Assembly (NCBI GenBank): GCA_965645245.1
Contig: OZ287072.1
Span: 1,736,001 to 1,800,000, forward strand
Direction of reading: 5' to 3'
Length of the DNA stretch: 64,000 nucleotides
DNA from: Massalongia carnosa
Taxonomy: Eukaryota
In this document: one piece after another, positions 13,025-26,049 of the stretch
Numbering within the stretch: the first letter of the stretch is position 1
Layout of the letters: each line of letters opens with the position of its first letter
Program-made: the position numbers and the translations under genes
The notes under the pieces: model-generated
Told to the model about the DNA's origin: nothing
The model's input: the letters and a program-made list of their open reading frames with translations, nothing else
Database searches by the model: none

Positions 13025-13525
13025 AAAATGCACAAATAGATGCCATCAACGACAAACGTCAGAACTCTTGTTATTGAATTGCATTCACTATTTCGATAAA
13101 ATTCAAAACATGAAACAAAATGTCGATACTACTATCAACTTGAATGTGTTGTTTAATACAAAAATTGGGAATGACATTTTGATTAAATTCATTGTCAATA
13201 ACAAAATCGCGACAAGAAAATTGATACTAGGTCAGCTTGATGGCGAAATTGTTAAAACGGGAGGCTGGGGAGAGATCGAACAGTAAAATCAGAAATGATT
13301 TATGTTGAAACATTTACCAACTTACTAAGACAAATTGTAAAATCGATAATATTCTCGATTACTATATGTTGTTACTAACACGGAGTAAAAACGGGGGAAA
13401 ATTGACGATACATAGAGGGGTTATAAAGGGTTAATTTATTTGTATTATAGAAACATTTCATAAAATAGTTTATTGTCATAACCTTAGGTTGAATACACTT
13501 AATGAATAAATTAAAAAATTAAAAA
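13025..13525 (+). mobile_element. Severely 5'-truncated LINE copy (~0.5 kb: ORF2 C-terminus, 3'UTR, A-tail)
   Basis: TSD aacagctgattaatc at 13010-13024 and 13526-13540. Confidence 0.92.
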
Positions 13526-14909
13526 AACAGCTGATTAATCGATACAAAGTTAAATGCGCCTTTGATGTCTAGTAATAAACATGATAAAACGTTCTTTTTT
13601 CGGTTCGCTATTTCGATATCATGAACAACGGTTATTACTGCGTCAATTGCAGAGTGATTTTTGCGTCCGCCCATCTGTTCGATGTCTAATAAATTCGAAT
13701 TTTCGCCGAAGAAGGCAAAGCGATTTACAACGATTTTCTCAGCAATTTTACCAAGACAGTTTAGTAAAGTGATAATCCGATATAATTTTGGCAGCAAATA
13801 ATCTGATTTATTAGGTTTTTTTAAAACTGCACCGAGTCCTGTTCGCCAGCATAACGGATGATAACCGGTTTGAATGAATTTTGAATAAACTATAAAAAAC
13901 ACGTTTTTCAACGATTGAAACGATTTTTGAACAATTGTAAAATTGATTGCATCAGGTCCACATGCTTTTTTCGGATTAAAGTAACTAATCGCATTTTTCA
14001 ACTCGTTTTCGGTCAAATCCGGCCAATTATTGTCATCTTCGTTGTCTTGATTCGATAAGTCTTCGACATTATCGTCTATAAATGGGTTTTTTGTGTACAT
14101 TGCTGCAACAAATGTATCGCATTTGTCATTGAATTGAACATTTAACTTATTTTCATATTGAATTGGTGGTATTTTTTCGAATATGCGCGGTTTAGTGTAT
14201 TTATACGCTGTAAATACGTCTTTATTCGCTGCATTTTCTAGAAAAGTCAACCAAGTTTGTTGTTTTGCTTCTCGAATTGCATGAAAATATTCGATTCGGC
14301 TATGTTTAAAGGTTCTATGACTAAAATCTGAGGGATTATTCTTCCATTCTCGACGATGTCTAGACATAATTTTTCGGAGTTCAGTTAAATATTGCGAGCA
14401 CCAATTTTTTGATTTTGCACATATTTTGGTCTTCGGAATAAACATTTCAGCTGCGTCTTTAATAATATCTTGCAAATAGATTGCTGATTCGTCGAATTGA
14501 TGATTATTCAATAAACTTTGAACCTGTGTTTCGTAGTTTATTGAATTTTCGTCTAGAAACTTCGCGAACTTGTCCAAATCGGCTTTAATGCAATTGTATT
14601 TATTTGATAATGCGGTTGCATGTGTCTTCAAATTCTTGAAAGATGCGATTAATTCAAATCGAACGACTTCATGATCTGAACCTGTGACTGCGTTTTTATC
14701 GATTGACCAATTTGTTATTGCATTTTCGATTTTAGAATTTGCAAATGTTAAATCAATAACAGATAAAGAACTTCCAGAATGGGTGTAAAAATTACATAAA
14801 TCAGACGTATTAATCAAACAACACTTTTTAGATTTCAACTATTTCACTAGATTTTCAGATCGAATTGCATGCTGAATTTTCGAATTCTACCAGTTATGAT
14901 GTGCATTAC

Positions 14910-15361
14910 CGTCGAGATTTGATCGCCTTGAAATCGTCAGTATTATCGAATTTGTTCGCATTCGAATTATTGTTGTTGTTCTTGTTTGTTGTTTTGGATT
15001 AAGGAACGGTAGTCCAGTTTTCGGAATTGACTGTCGCTTTTCCGAGCATTTGGCTCCATGTTCTAGCTGTATCGTTGACCTGCGGCCCTGGGACTCCAGT
15101 GGTTTCGCTCCGAATTTTTGGGTTGACGTTTTTAGTCAAATTCGAATTTCCATTCGAATTTCCCTTCGATTTTGTCTGTAGAGGTTGAACCGATTGTCTC
15201 TTTGTTTCTGGAATTGGGCTAATTTGTTCTAGCACCTTATTCAATTTCCAATCAATCATTTCTAACGTTGCTTTTGGCTTGATCGATTTCTTTGCCAGTA
15301 GAGATTTGACGTGATCGATGACTATAGCCGTTTCGGGGTTTTGATCTATTACGAATGACTC
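14910..15361 (-). mobile_element. Subfamily B ORF1 fragment (ESFVID...KAIKSR)
   Basis: Near-identical to the reverse complement of ~58977-59428; ORF 14999-15259. Confidence 0.85.
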
Positions 15362-15395
15362 CTACAGAATTCGCGCATTTGACGAAGACGTGAGG

Positions 15396-18300
15396 AAGAA
15401 ACACAAGTACCGCAACTTTTGATACAGTATAACTTTAACAGTCAAATGAGCCTCTATTTCTGAGTCATTTGAGCTCCTCCAGAGCAAAAACGCTCTCAGA
15501 TTGAGTGTAGGAGAGCTCTAGCAAAGCTCTAACAGAGTTTTTCTGCTGATCGCACGCGACCGACGTGATAAAGCGCGCTCAAGAAGTTGGAAAAAACAAC
15601 AAATACCAACAACTTCACCAAAAATCGCTCTTTTTTCTTGTTTCTTTCTGTTCTGTTGTCGCATGACCTTCAATTATTACTATAAAAATTATCTACAAAA
15701 AATGTCTACTCTCGCGGGACTGTACAACAACTGTCGCGACGTCAAAGTCTTCTAAAGTTGATTCCTTATTTTAGGTTACGGGAACTTCCGCTAGCACAAA
15801 TTTTCATAGCATATTTCACGTATAATTTTTGCCCATTCCATTTTCGGCTTTATAGATCTTCGTTGAACGGCCGGTCAACAGATCACTGAAAAGAAGGGGA
15901 AAAACGTTTGGAATAGGATTATACCAAAGGTCCTGTTTCAGATTAATCAGAATAAGAAGTCTCCTATTGTCTTACATTGCATTAAAATTTATCTTTATTG
16001 AAAAAAGCAAAAAAAAACTTTCATTATTTTCACCTATTATAGTGTCTGGTAGAGGGTTAAATAAGACTTACTGCCTTAGCGAGGAACGGTCTATTTTAAC
16101 CCGATTAGGATTTATTTGACGCGTTATAATCAAATAAATAGGGATAGGAAAGAAAGAGTCATTTGACCAGTAAACAGGTGTAAATTCTATTCTGACTAGT
16201 ACGTCTGGGGAAAGTCAGAATAAATTATTTGGTGGTGATAAAAGGGATATTGCAAAGGCAAAAACACTATGCTCAATCGAAGATTTGATGAAAGTTGTGA
16301 AATAGTTATATCGTTATATGTTCGAAAATCGACTGACGAATTAGCCGCTTTGTAATGGCAGGACAGCATTCGTTGACAAACATCGAAAATACACAAAATG
16401 TTAAATTTATTCAACATAATTGTTCAAAGCTAACGAATGCAATGATATCGTGTTTGGAATATGCTTTATCAAATCAAATTGATATTGTTTTGTTTCAGGA
16501 ACAATGGACACGAGATCAAAAAACAATATTACATCCGTCATTTACATGTATTATGCCAAAAATAGCGACTTATCGCTCGATAGTAGAAATATTTTTCAAA
16601 AAAGGCAATCACAAACTGCAATGCACGCCTAGGACGGATCTTATTGACGATTCCGATATGCAAATTATTGAAATTACAATTGATGAAGTTCGAAAAGTGA
16701 AGATTTTCAATATTTATAACTAAAAAAGTCAAAGTTATCGAGAAACATGATCGATCGACTTTTAATCCAATTGCAACCTAAATCAACTGATCAATTCGTC
16801 ATCTGTGGAGGTTTCAATGCACATCATAACGGGTGGAATTCGAAAATTCAACAAGCAATTCGATCAGAAAATCTTGTCAAATGGTTGAAATTAAACAGGT
16901 GTAGTTTGATAAACACATCTGACTTATGTACATACTAGGCCCATTCTGGAAGTTCTTTATTTGTTATTGATTTAACATTTTGCAAATTCTAAAATCGAAT
17001 ATGCAATTACAAATTTGTCAATCGATGAAAACGCAGTCACAAGTTCTTATCATGAAGTCATCCTATTTGAACTAATCGCATCTTTCAAAAATTTGACGTC
17101 ACATGCAACCGCATTATCTAATAAATACAATTGCAATAAAGCCGATTGGAATAAATTCGCGAAGTATCTAGACAAAAATTCAACCATCTACGAATCACAA
17201 GTTCAAATTTTATTGAATAATAATCAATTCGACGAATCAGCGATATATTTGCAAAACAATATCAAAAACGCGGCTGAAATGTTAATTCCGAATACGAAAA
17301 TTTGTGCAAAATCGAAAAACTGGTGGTCGCAAGATTTAACTGAACTTCGAAAAAGCATGTGCAAATATCGTCGAGAATGGAAGAATTATCCGTCCGATTT
17401 TAGTCTTCGGACGTTTAAACATAGTCGAATCGAGTATTTTCATGCAATTCGAAAAGCAAAACAACAAACATGGTTGACTTTTCTGGAAAATGCTGCAAAT
17501 AAAGATGTATTTACCGCGTATAAATACACTAAACCGCGCATATTCGAAAAAATACCTCCGATTATACATGAAAACAAGCTAAATGTTCAGTTTGATGACA
17601 AATGCAATGCATTTAAGTCAGCAACGTACACAAAAAACCCATTTATAGACGATATTGTGGAGGATTTATCAAATCAAGACAGCGAAAATGATGATAATTG
17701 GCCAGATTTAACCGAAAACGAGTTGAAAAATGCGATTAGTTTATTTAATCCGAAGAAAGTATGTGGACCTGATGCAATCAATTTTACAATTGTTCAAAAA
17801 TCGTTTTAATCGTTGAAAAAACGTGTTTTTCATTATTTATTCGAAATTCAATCGAATCGGTTATCACCCATTATGCGGGCGGACAAGACTCGGTGCAGTT
17901 CTGAAAAAACCTAATAAATCAGACTATTCGTTTCCAAAATCATATCGAATTATCACATTACTAAAATGTCTTGGTAAAATTGATGAGAAAATCGTTGCAA
18001 ATCGACTAGCCTACTTCGGCGAAAATTCGAATTTACTCGATATCGAACAGATGGGCGGACGCAAAAATCAATCTGCAATTGACGCAGTAATGAACGTTGT
18101 TTATGTTATTGAAATTGTAAATAAAAATAAAAACGTCTTATCATGTTTATTACTCGATGTCAAAGGCGCATTTGACTTTGTCTCGATTATTCAACTGCTA
18201 TATGTTACGAAAAAGCTAAAATTATCTCGCATAATAATTCAATGGGTCAAGCATTTCATGACAAAACGATCGATCAATTTGATATTCGATGAAACAAAAG

Positions 18301-19768
18301 CAAAACATATTATGTCGGATCAGGAATTCCACAAGGCTCACCAATCTCGCCTATTCTATTTCTGATTTACATTCGTCACTTATTTCGGAAAATACAAATG
18401 AAATTCAATGCACATTCTCCTAGTTTTATTGACGATGTTGCAATATATGTCGAAAATAAAACTGCAAAACAGAATTGCAAAGAAATCGAAATCATAGTCA
18501 AAGCGGCCTTTGATTGGGCCGCATCAAATAATGTCAAATATGATGACGATAAATCCGAGCTGATTCACTTCGAAAAGACAAGAAATATATCGAAAGACAC
18601 ATTGGAATTACCAAATGGAACAGTACTAGAACCAAAAAATGTAGTCAAATGGTTGGGCGTCTGGTTAAACCGAAAATAAATTTCGAAAAACACGTCGAAA
18701 CGCGGATCTCTTCTGCGAATCGATCGTTTTTTGCAATTCAGAATTTGATGAAATTCGAATGGGGTCTGAAACCGACCGCATGTAGACAGCTCTATTTGCC
18801 ATGCATTATTCCTATTTCGGACTACGGCTCATAACTTTGGTATAAAGGTCAAAAGAAATATGAAAAACTATTTTAGAACCTACAAAATCAAATGATTCGA
18901 AAGATTTTAGGAACTTTCAAAACAACACCTATTCAGGTGATGGAAATTGAATCACAAGTTTTACTAGTTAAACTTCGATTATTAATGAAAAATCAAAAAT
19001 ACGCAATTAGATTATTGAAGATTGCTGAAAATAACCCTATTTGTCAAAGAATTCCAAACACATATTCGATAAAATTCGAAAACATCGGTTTTGACACCAG
19101 TTTATGGAACAACAAATATGCCGAATGGAACGAGGACGAAAAACAAACAAAAAAACGACATCCTAGTAAGCTTATTCGCATTCTTCATTCGGTTTCCGAC
19201 ATAGTTCACAAAACTGATGAATTGAACAATCAAATCATTTTATTAAACCTTGAACGAAGACGAAGACGAAAAACAAACAAATAAACGATATCAAAGTCAG
19301 CTTATTCGTGCTCTTCATTCCGTTTCCGACATAGTTCACAAAACTGATGAATTTGAACAGTGAAATCATTTTATTAAACCTTGGAAATTGCCCTGCAAAA
19401 TCGAATTTCAATTCGAAAATACAAAGGAATCTGCTAAATCAAGTTATTATTCGACCTTATCCAAAATTAAATCAATGAACTCCGATAAATCCCGACTTTT
19501 ACTTTATACAGATAGATCGAAAATCGAATTTGCAAATTCGGCAGTCACATTTGCGCCAACTATGAGGAATTGGAGTAATATTATCAATAATTTTGATCAA
19601 TTTATCGAAAAAGATTGAATAATCAAGTATAATACGATTTCGAAAAGCTGGAAATTAGGCAAACAGTCAAGCATTAAAAATGCTGAACTGCATGCGATCT
19701 TACAAGCAATGAGATTGGTCTATAAATTGTCGATTACTAATATTTTATCGAACTTAGAAAAAACGATT
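15396..19768 (+). mobile_element. Subfamily B 5'UTR, 28-codon ORF1 remnant and heavily degenerate ORF2 (to RNase H)
   Basis: 5'UTR matches 57653-58529. ATG 16269 MLNRRF is joined to ORF1-end DESCEIV...ELAAL*. ORF2 fragments span 16355-19618. Confidence 0.85.
19128..19383 (+). repeat. ~125-130-bp tandem duplication inside degenerate ORF2
   Basis: gaacga(g/a)gacgaa...aaaccttg occurs at 19128-19252 and again at 19252-19383. Confidence 0.8.
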
Positions 19769-21704
19769 ACAACGTATAGCAAGGACCAAAGACCACCTAT
19801 TGAAACACAAGTACCGCAACTTTTGATACTCTATAACTTTCACAGTCAATTGAACATCTCTTTTTCAGTCATTTGAGTTCCTCCAGAGCAAAAACGGACT
19901 CAGATTGAGTATAGGAGAGCTCTAGCAAAGCTCCAGCAGAGATTTTCTGTTGGTCGCACGCGAAAGACGTGATAAAGCGCGCTCAAGAAGTTATAAAAAA
20001 CAACAAATACCAACAATATCACCAAAAATCGCTCTTTTTTCTCACTTTCTTCTATTCTGTTGTCACATTACCCTCAATTATTACTACAAGAATTATCTAC
20101 AAAAAAATCTACTGTCGCGGTACTGTACAACAACTGTCGCGACGACCAACTTTTTTGAAGTTCATTTCTCATTTAAGGTTACGGGAACTTCCGCAAGCAC
20201 AAATTTTCACAGTATATTTCACGTATAATTTCTGCATATACCATTTTAGGCTTTATCGATCTCCATTGAACGGCCGGTCAACAGATCACTGAAAGAAGGG
20301 GAAAAACGTCTGGAATAGGATTATACCAAAGATCCTGTTTCAGATTAAACAGAATAGGAACTCTCTTATTATCATCTTACCTTGCCTTAGATCTAATTTT
20401 ATCGAAAAAAAAGAAGAAAAAAACTTTCATTATTTTCAACTATTGTAGTGTCTGGTAAAGGGTTAAATAAGATTTACTGCTTAAGCGAGGAACGGTCTAC
20501 TTTAACCCGATAAGGATTTATTTGACTTGTTATTGTCAATTAAATAGGGATAGGAAAGAAAGAGTTATTTGACCAGTAAATCGGTGTAATTTCTATTCTG
20601 ACTAGTACGTCTGGGGAACGTCAGAATAAACTATTTGGTGGTGATAAAAGGGATATAGAAAAGGCGTGTTCAACCAGGTAATCAACCCGGTAACCAACTC
20701 GGTACTTCCTAGAAATAGGCGATTTTTGGCGAGACCAACCCCCCAAGGCCCCCCACCTAGAAACTTATCGGCCCCCCCGAGTACTCCCCCGGGTCCTCCC
20801 CGAAACGACTCTCCCGCGTCATCTTCAGTAGCCATGATAGGGAGCTCACCCCTATCCGACGAGTTTATAGAAGCTATGGACCTGTCTGGGAAATTTTCGT
20901 CCGCCCCCTCCACACCGACCCCTAAAGCGAAGGCGTTCATTGCTGCATCTGGTAAATTTACTACTAATTTACCTATGCCGTCATTAAATTCGAATATTGG
21001 ACTAAGCCCGCCAATCAAAAGCAATAAAAGAAGAAAATTTGACGAGTATTCGATTCAAAGTCAAGAAGTCATCAATCGAACGAAATCAATTCAACTATTG
21101 AATACAGCTAAAAACGCACTATTGGAGTCATTCGTATTAGATCAAAATCCCGAAACGGCTATTTTCATCGATAACATCAACTCTCTACTGACAAAGAAAA
21201 CAATCAAGCCTAAAGCAACGCTGGAAATGATTGATTGGAAATTGAATAGGGTGCTAGAACAAACTAGCAAAATTCCAGAAACAACGGAACAATCGGTGCG
21301 ACCTACGCAAGCAAATTCGAATGGAAATTCGAATTTGACTAAAAACGTCAAACAAGCCATTCGGAGGGGAACCGCCGAGGTCCCGGGGCCGCAGGTCAAC
21401 GAGTCAACTAAAACATGGAGTCAAATGCTCGGAAGAGCAACCGCTAATTCCGAAAATTGGACCACCGTTTCTCGAACGAAAAAATCGAATACTAATTCTA
21501 ATTCGAACAAATTCGATAATACGGACGATTTCAACGCGATTAAATCAAGACGATTAATAATTACACCGAAAGCTCAAATCGGCGATATCGATTCATTGTT
21601 GCTTCGGAACCAAATCAATTCGCTTTTTAAAGACGCGAAATTGACTATTGTTGTCAACACGGTCGAAAAGTCCAAAACGGGACAAAACATCGTTCTGACA
21701 ACTA

Positions 21705-21803
21705 ATCGTGCCAAAACACTAAACCCCAACCGAGTCAGGGTCTAGTGCCCGACGGTCTACTGACGCATACAGTCTACTGACGCACTTTTCCCATTTTCAC
21801 TAC
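21705..21803. repeat. Left terminal inverted repeat (99 bp)
   Basis: Exact reverse complement of 23540-23638; contains the direct repeat gtctactgacgca twice. Confidence 0.95.
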
Positions 21804-21834
21804 TATTTCTGCTACAAATCAAGGACAACAACGG

Positions 21835-23507
21835 TTATGCAGAAACTGATTGATTATGACGCTGGTAAAATAGCTTCGCTTGTCTGGGTATCGATCTGGC
21901 GATTCTTTTATACCTTTTGTCCAGGGCAATCTGCTTCTTTTCAGCAGCTAGTGTAGCACGTTCATAGGCCAGTCTGGTCTTTTCCACCTCGTTCTGACAA
22001 CGTTTCGAGGTTTTGGCCTGTACATCTCCTACAGTTATGACCCCTCCCTTCTGGGCGACCTTTCCATCCAATTTTCTACGGGCCGCCTTCGCGATAGACT
22101 GTTGTTGACTGGCTCGAAGGTCCCGCTCAATAATCTGACGTGCATGCGCATTGGGAATAGAGCCCTTCACAAATCGATTCACATGACAATCCCATTCATT
22201 GTCCAGCACGTTGTATTTCTTCAAACTCATTCGAAGGTGTAAGCCATATTCAACCACCTCTTTAGTCGTACGGGGCGTTCTGGCGAGCAGAGGGGCTGAC
22301 AAAGGTGGGGGCGGGGTAGCAGGTCTCCGAGTTTGAATTGCCTCCAGCTTTCGAATTACCACATTGGGGTTATAAGGCACCAGACCCGTGTTTCTGAATG
22401 ACGATAATATGGTAGATGAGGTGAATGTTTGATTTCGCATGCGCTGAAAAATGGACAAAAAATCCAGTTTGTCGAAATCTGCCCCTCCGAGTCGCACCAT
22501 TTCGTCAATGCCTTCGGAAGATAATGTTTGAACGGCTGAAAACATCCTACATCCAATGGCTGAGTGAGATGTGTTGAATGAGGAGTCAAACGAAACAATT
22601 CAATGTGATTTCGTTTGGCATATGTAAAAAACTCATATGTCATATGAGTTCCATACCCGTCCATGATCAACATACGGCAGGCCCCTACCTAACCCTTTCG
22701 ACTGTGTTTATCGAAATGTTTCATCCAATCAATAGCCAAATCATCATTGGAATAGCCGGTAGGACTAGTAGTCAACAAAAAATCGTCATTCAGATCGTTT
22801 TGTTGTGTCCACTTTTCGAGAATCAAAGCCCCCGCGATAATCACCATGGGGGGAATGTTTCGCCCCCCAGCACTAATACACTCACACGAGGTAACATAAT
22901 CTCTATTATCTGGATCTGTCAATAGCAAGGGCTTTCTGGAGTGAGTTGATAGAACCCAATGAGCGCTGCCACAGCCAATTCGAAAGCCCGTTTCATCCAT
23001 GATCCAAACGTCCTCGTCCGCTAATCCCCGCGTCTTTCGCGCAGTTCGATATGCTTCAAAATACTCGAGCATGTCCTTTGCATCGTGCGCGTGTTTTCGC
23101 TCAGCGGCCAGAGGTTTTTGTTTTCGCTTGAAAAATTGAGGATGACGATTGAGGAAACGTTTGGTCCAGGCCTCGCTGACGTGAGGGGGGGGGATGGAGG
23201 CGTCTAAATGAGCTTCTAGAAGTAGATAATTAGCAGCCCCCCGAACCATTGAAAACCTGGCTGATTGTTCGGCTTGATCGAGCATCACAATATATTCACA
23301 AAGGGCCAATTCTTGTTCATCAGATAAGGCCTTGTTGGGGCCAGATCGACCGATGCGCGAACCCCCTCCAGCAAGTCGTCTTTGAAGCGTACGAATGTCG
23401 ACATCGAAATCAATGGCTACTGCGCGTATACTTCGAAATTCACCCGTGTTTCACGCGTTTATAGCATCAACAATTTGATCCTCCTTATTAGAATATGAGT
23501 TAGGCAT
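21835..23507 (-). pseudogene. pogo/Fot1-type DDD transposase (HTH-psq / CENP-B-like HTH / DDE_1), with stops and frameshifts
   Basis: ATG 23507 MPNSYSNKEDQIVDAINA*...IRAVAIDFDVDIRTLQRRL; then WTKRFLNRHP, MDETGF, MDGYGTH, HSTHLTQPLDVGCFQPFK across three frames. Confidence 0.88.
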
Positions 23508-23539
23508 GGTAGTGGTAGATGAAAGACGTGTTGGAAATG

Positions 23540-23638
23540 GTAGTGAAAATGGGAAAAGTGCGTCAGTAGACTGTATGCGTCAGTAGACCGTCGGGCACTA
23601 GACCCTGACTCGGTTGGGGTTTAGTGTTTTGGCACGAT
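23540..23638. repeat. Right terminal inverted repeat (99 bp)
   Basis: Exact reverse complement of 21705-21803. Confidence 0.95.
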
Positions 23639-23695
23639 TAGTCCAGAGAACACTGCTGAAGATTTATTGAACAATAAATCAATATGGGAGCATTT

Positions 23696-26049
23696 TTATT
23701 TTTTTATTTATTTATTCATTGAGTGTATTCAACCTAAGGTTATGACACTAAACTATTTTAAGATATATTTCTATAATACAAATAAATCAACCCTTTATAA
23801 CCCATCTATGAATCTTCAATTTTTCCCCCTTTTTACTCCGTGTTAGTAACAACCTATAGTAATCGAATTTTCGATTTTACAATTTGTCTTTGTAAAGTTC
23901 GTAAGTGTTTCAGCATAAATCAATTCTGATTTTACTGTTCGATCTCTCCCCAACCTCCCGTTTCGACAATTTCGTCTTCTAGCTGACCTAGTATCCATTT
24001 TCTAGTAGCGATTTTGTTTTTGGCAATAAACTTTATCAAAATGTCATTTCCAATTTTGGTATTGAATAAAATGTTCAAATTGATTGTAGTATCGATACTT
24101 TGTTTCATTATTTGAATTTCTTCAAAATAGTGATTGCAGTTCAACAATAGATGTTCTGGCGTTTGACGTTCGTTGCATCTATTCGTGCATTTTGACGAAT
24201 TGTAATCTTTCAATCGATATAGATATGAACGAAAATAACCGTGTCCGAATTTCAGCTGCATAATGGTAGCAAATATCATTTTCGAACAATTGTTTGACAA
24301 ATGATAAAAGCTCGATTTGCCAGGTTGCATGTCAAATTTCTCGTAATGTTTGCCTTTTGACCTGCATCGTTGCCATTGATTCGTCCATGTGTTTAGCGTA
24401 TTTTGATGAATTTGACTTTTCAAGTAGTCAAATGTGATCGCCGAGGACTCCGCTATGATTTGACTGTGTCCTGCTTTCGCCGTTATGTCTGCAATTTCAT
24501 TTTCGATAATTTTTGAATGACTAGGGATCCATGCAGAATTATCTGATAGTTGTTTTCGTATAAACATTTTGCAATTTTTCGAATTTGCTTCGCATAAATA
24601 TGATTTGTTAAATGTTGAATTTCGTTTATCGCGTTCAAACTATCGGAAAAAATCCATATTGTTTTTTCTAAATTCGATAATATATTCTCGTTCGTTAACT
24701 TGTATATCCATTTGACTGCTTGTAAAATCGCATGAAGTTCAGCATTTTTAATGCTTGACTGTTTGCTCAATTTCCAGCTTTTCGAAATTGTATGATGTTG
24801 GATAAGGCAATCTTTTTCGATAAAGTGATCGAAATTATCGATAAAATTGTTCCATTTTCGCATAATTGGTGCGAATGTGACCGGAGAAGTTGCAAATTCT
24901 ACTTTTGATCCATCTGTATAAAGTAATATTCGTGATATTTCGGAATTCATAGATTGAATTTTGGATAAAGTCGAATAATAACTTGATTTTGCTGTTTCTT
25001 TTGACTTTTCGATTTGAAATTCGATTTTACACGACGACTTCCATGGTTTTATGAAGTTATTTGATTGTTCGAATTCATCAGTTTTGTGAACTATGTCCGA
25101 AACGGAGTGCAAAACACGAATAAGCTGACTAGGATGTCGTTTATTTGTTTGTTTTTCGTCTTCGTTCCATTCGGCATATTTGTTGTTCCATAAGCTAGTA
25201 TCAAAACCGATGTTTTCGAATTTCATCGAATATGTGTTTGGAATTCTTTGACAAATGCGATTATTTTCGGCAATCTTCAACAATCGAATAGCATATTTTT
25301 GATTTTTCATCAATAATCGTAGTTTGACTGGTAGAATATGTGATTCAATTTCCATCGCCTGAACAGGTGTGGTTTTGAATGTTCCTAAAATCTTTCGAAT
25401 AATACTATTTTGCAAATTCTGAAATAGTTTCTCATATTTCTGTTGACCATTGTACCAAATTTCTGAACCATAATCCGAAATAGGAACGATGCATGACAAA
25501 TAAAGCTGTCTACATGCAGTCGGTTTAAGACCCCACTCTGATTTCATCAAAGTTTGAATCCCAAAGAATGACCGATTTGCAGAAGAAATTCGAGTTTCGA
25601 CGTGTTTTTTGTAATTCAGTTTTCGATCTAGCCAAATTCCCAACCATTTGACTACATTTTTCGGTTCCAGTATAGTTCCGTTTGGTAATTGCAGTGTGTC
25701 TTTCGATGCATTTCTTGTCTTTTCGAAGTGAATCAGTTCGGATTTTTCGTCATCAAATTTGACATTATTCGATGCGGCCCAATCAAATGCAGTTTTTACT
25801 ATGATTTCGATTTCTTTGCAATTCTGTTTTGCAGTTTTATTTTCGACATATATTGCAACATCGTCTATAAAACTAGGAGAATGTGCATTGAATTTCATTC
25901 GTACTTTCGGAAATAAGTGACGAATGTAGATCGAAAATAATATAGGAGAAATAGGTGAGCCTTGTGGAATTCCTGATTCGATATAATAAGTTTTGCTTTT
26001 ATTTTCATCGAATATTAGATTGACCGATCGTTTTGTCATAAAATTTTTG
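23696..26049 (-). mobile_element. Subfamily D LINE, 5'-truncated in RT
   Basis: Poly-T near 23696; TSD atgggagcattt at 23684-23695 and 26050-26061; ORFs 24483-26039 and 23932-24567 separated by one frameshift. Confidence 0.92.

Larger units (their letters stand above)
1..14907 (-). mobile_element. Tad1-like LINE, subfamily D, 5'-truncated host copy split into 1-530, 6616-7267, 12957-13024 and 13526-14907; 3' end lies left of the window
   Basis: Minus-strand ORF2 sequence resumes exactly after each nested insertion (ORFs 6464-6853 and 13519-14838). It ends at the NAHHNW endonuclease codons near 14907. Confidence 0.85.
21705..23638 (-). mobile_element. pogo/Fot1-like (Tc1/mariner superfamily) DNA transposon, 1934 bp
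   Basis: 99-bp perfect TIRs; TA duplication at 21703-21704 and 23639-23640; host ORF1 resumes (acta|gtccagag); more GC-rich than the LINEs. Confidence 0.95.

Noticed and set aside
11512..13035. 507-aa ORF1 with an unusual N-terminus (MCILINQLLNVMKNLKLSRIVIQWVK)
   Set aside because: Chance in-frame read-through from the host RT sequence across the TSD at 12957-12970 into a truncated ORF1; not a real fusion gene.
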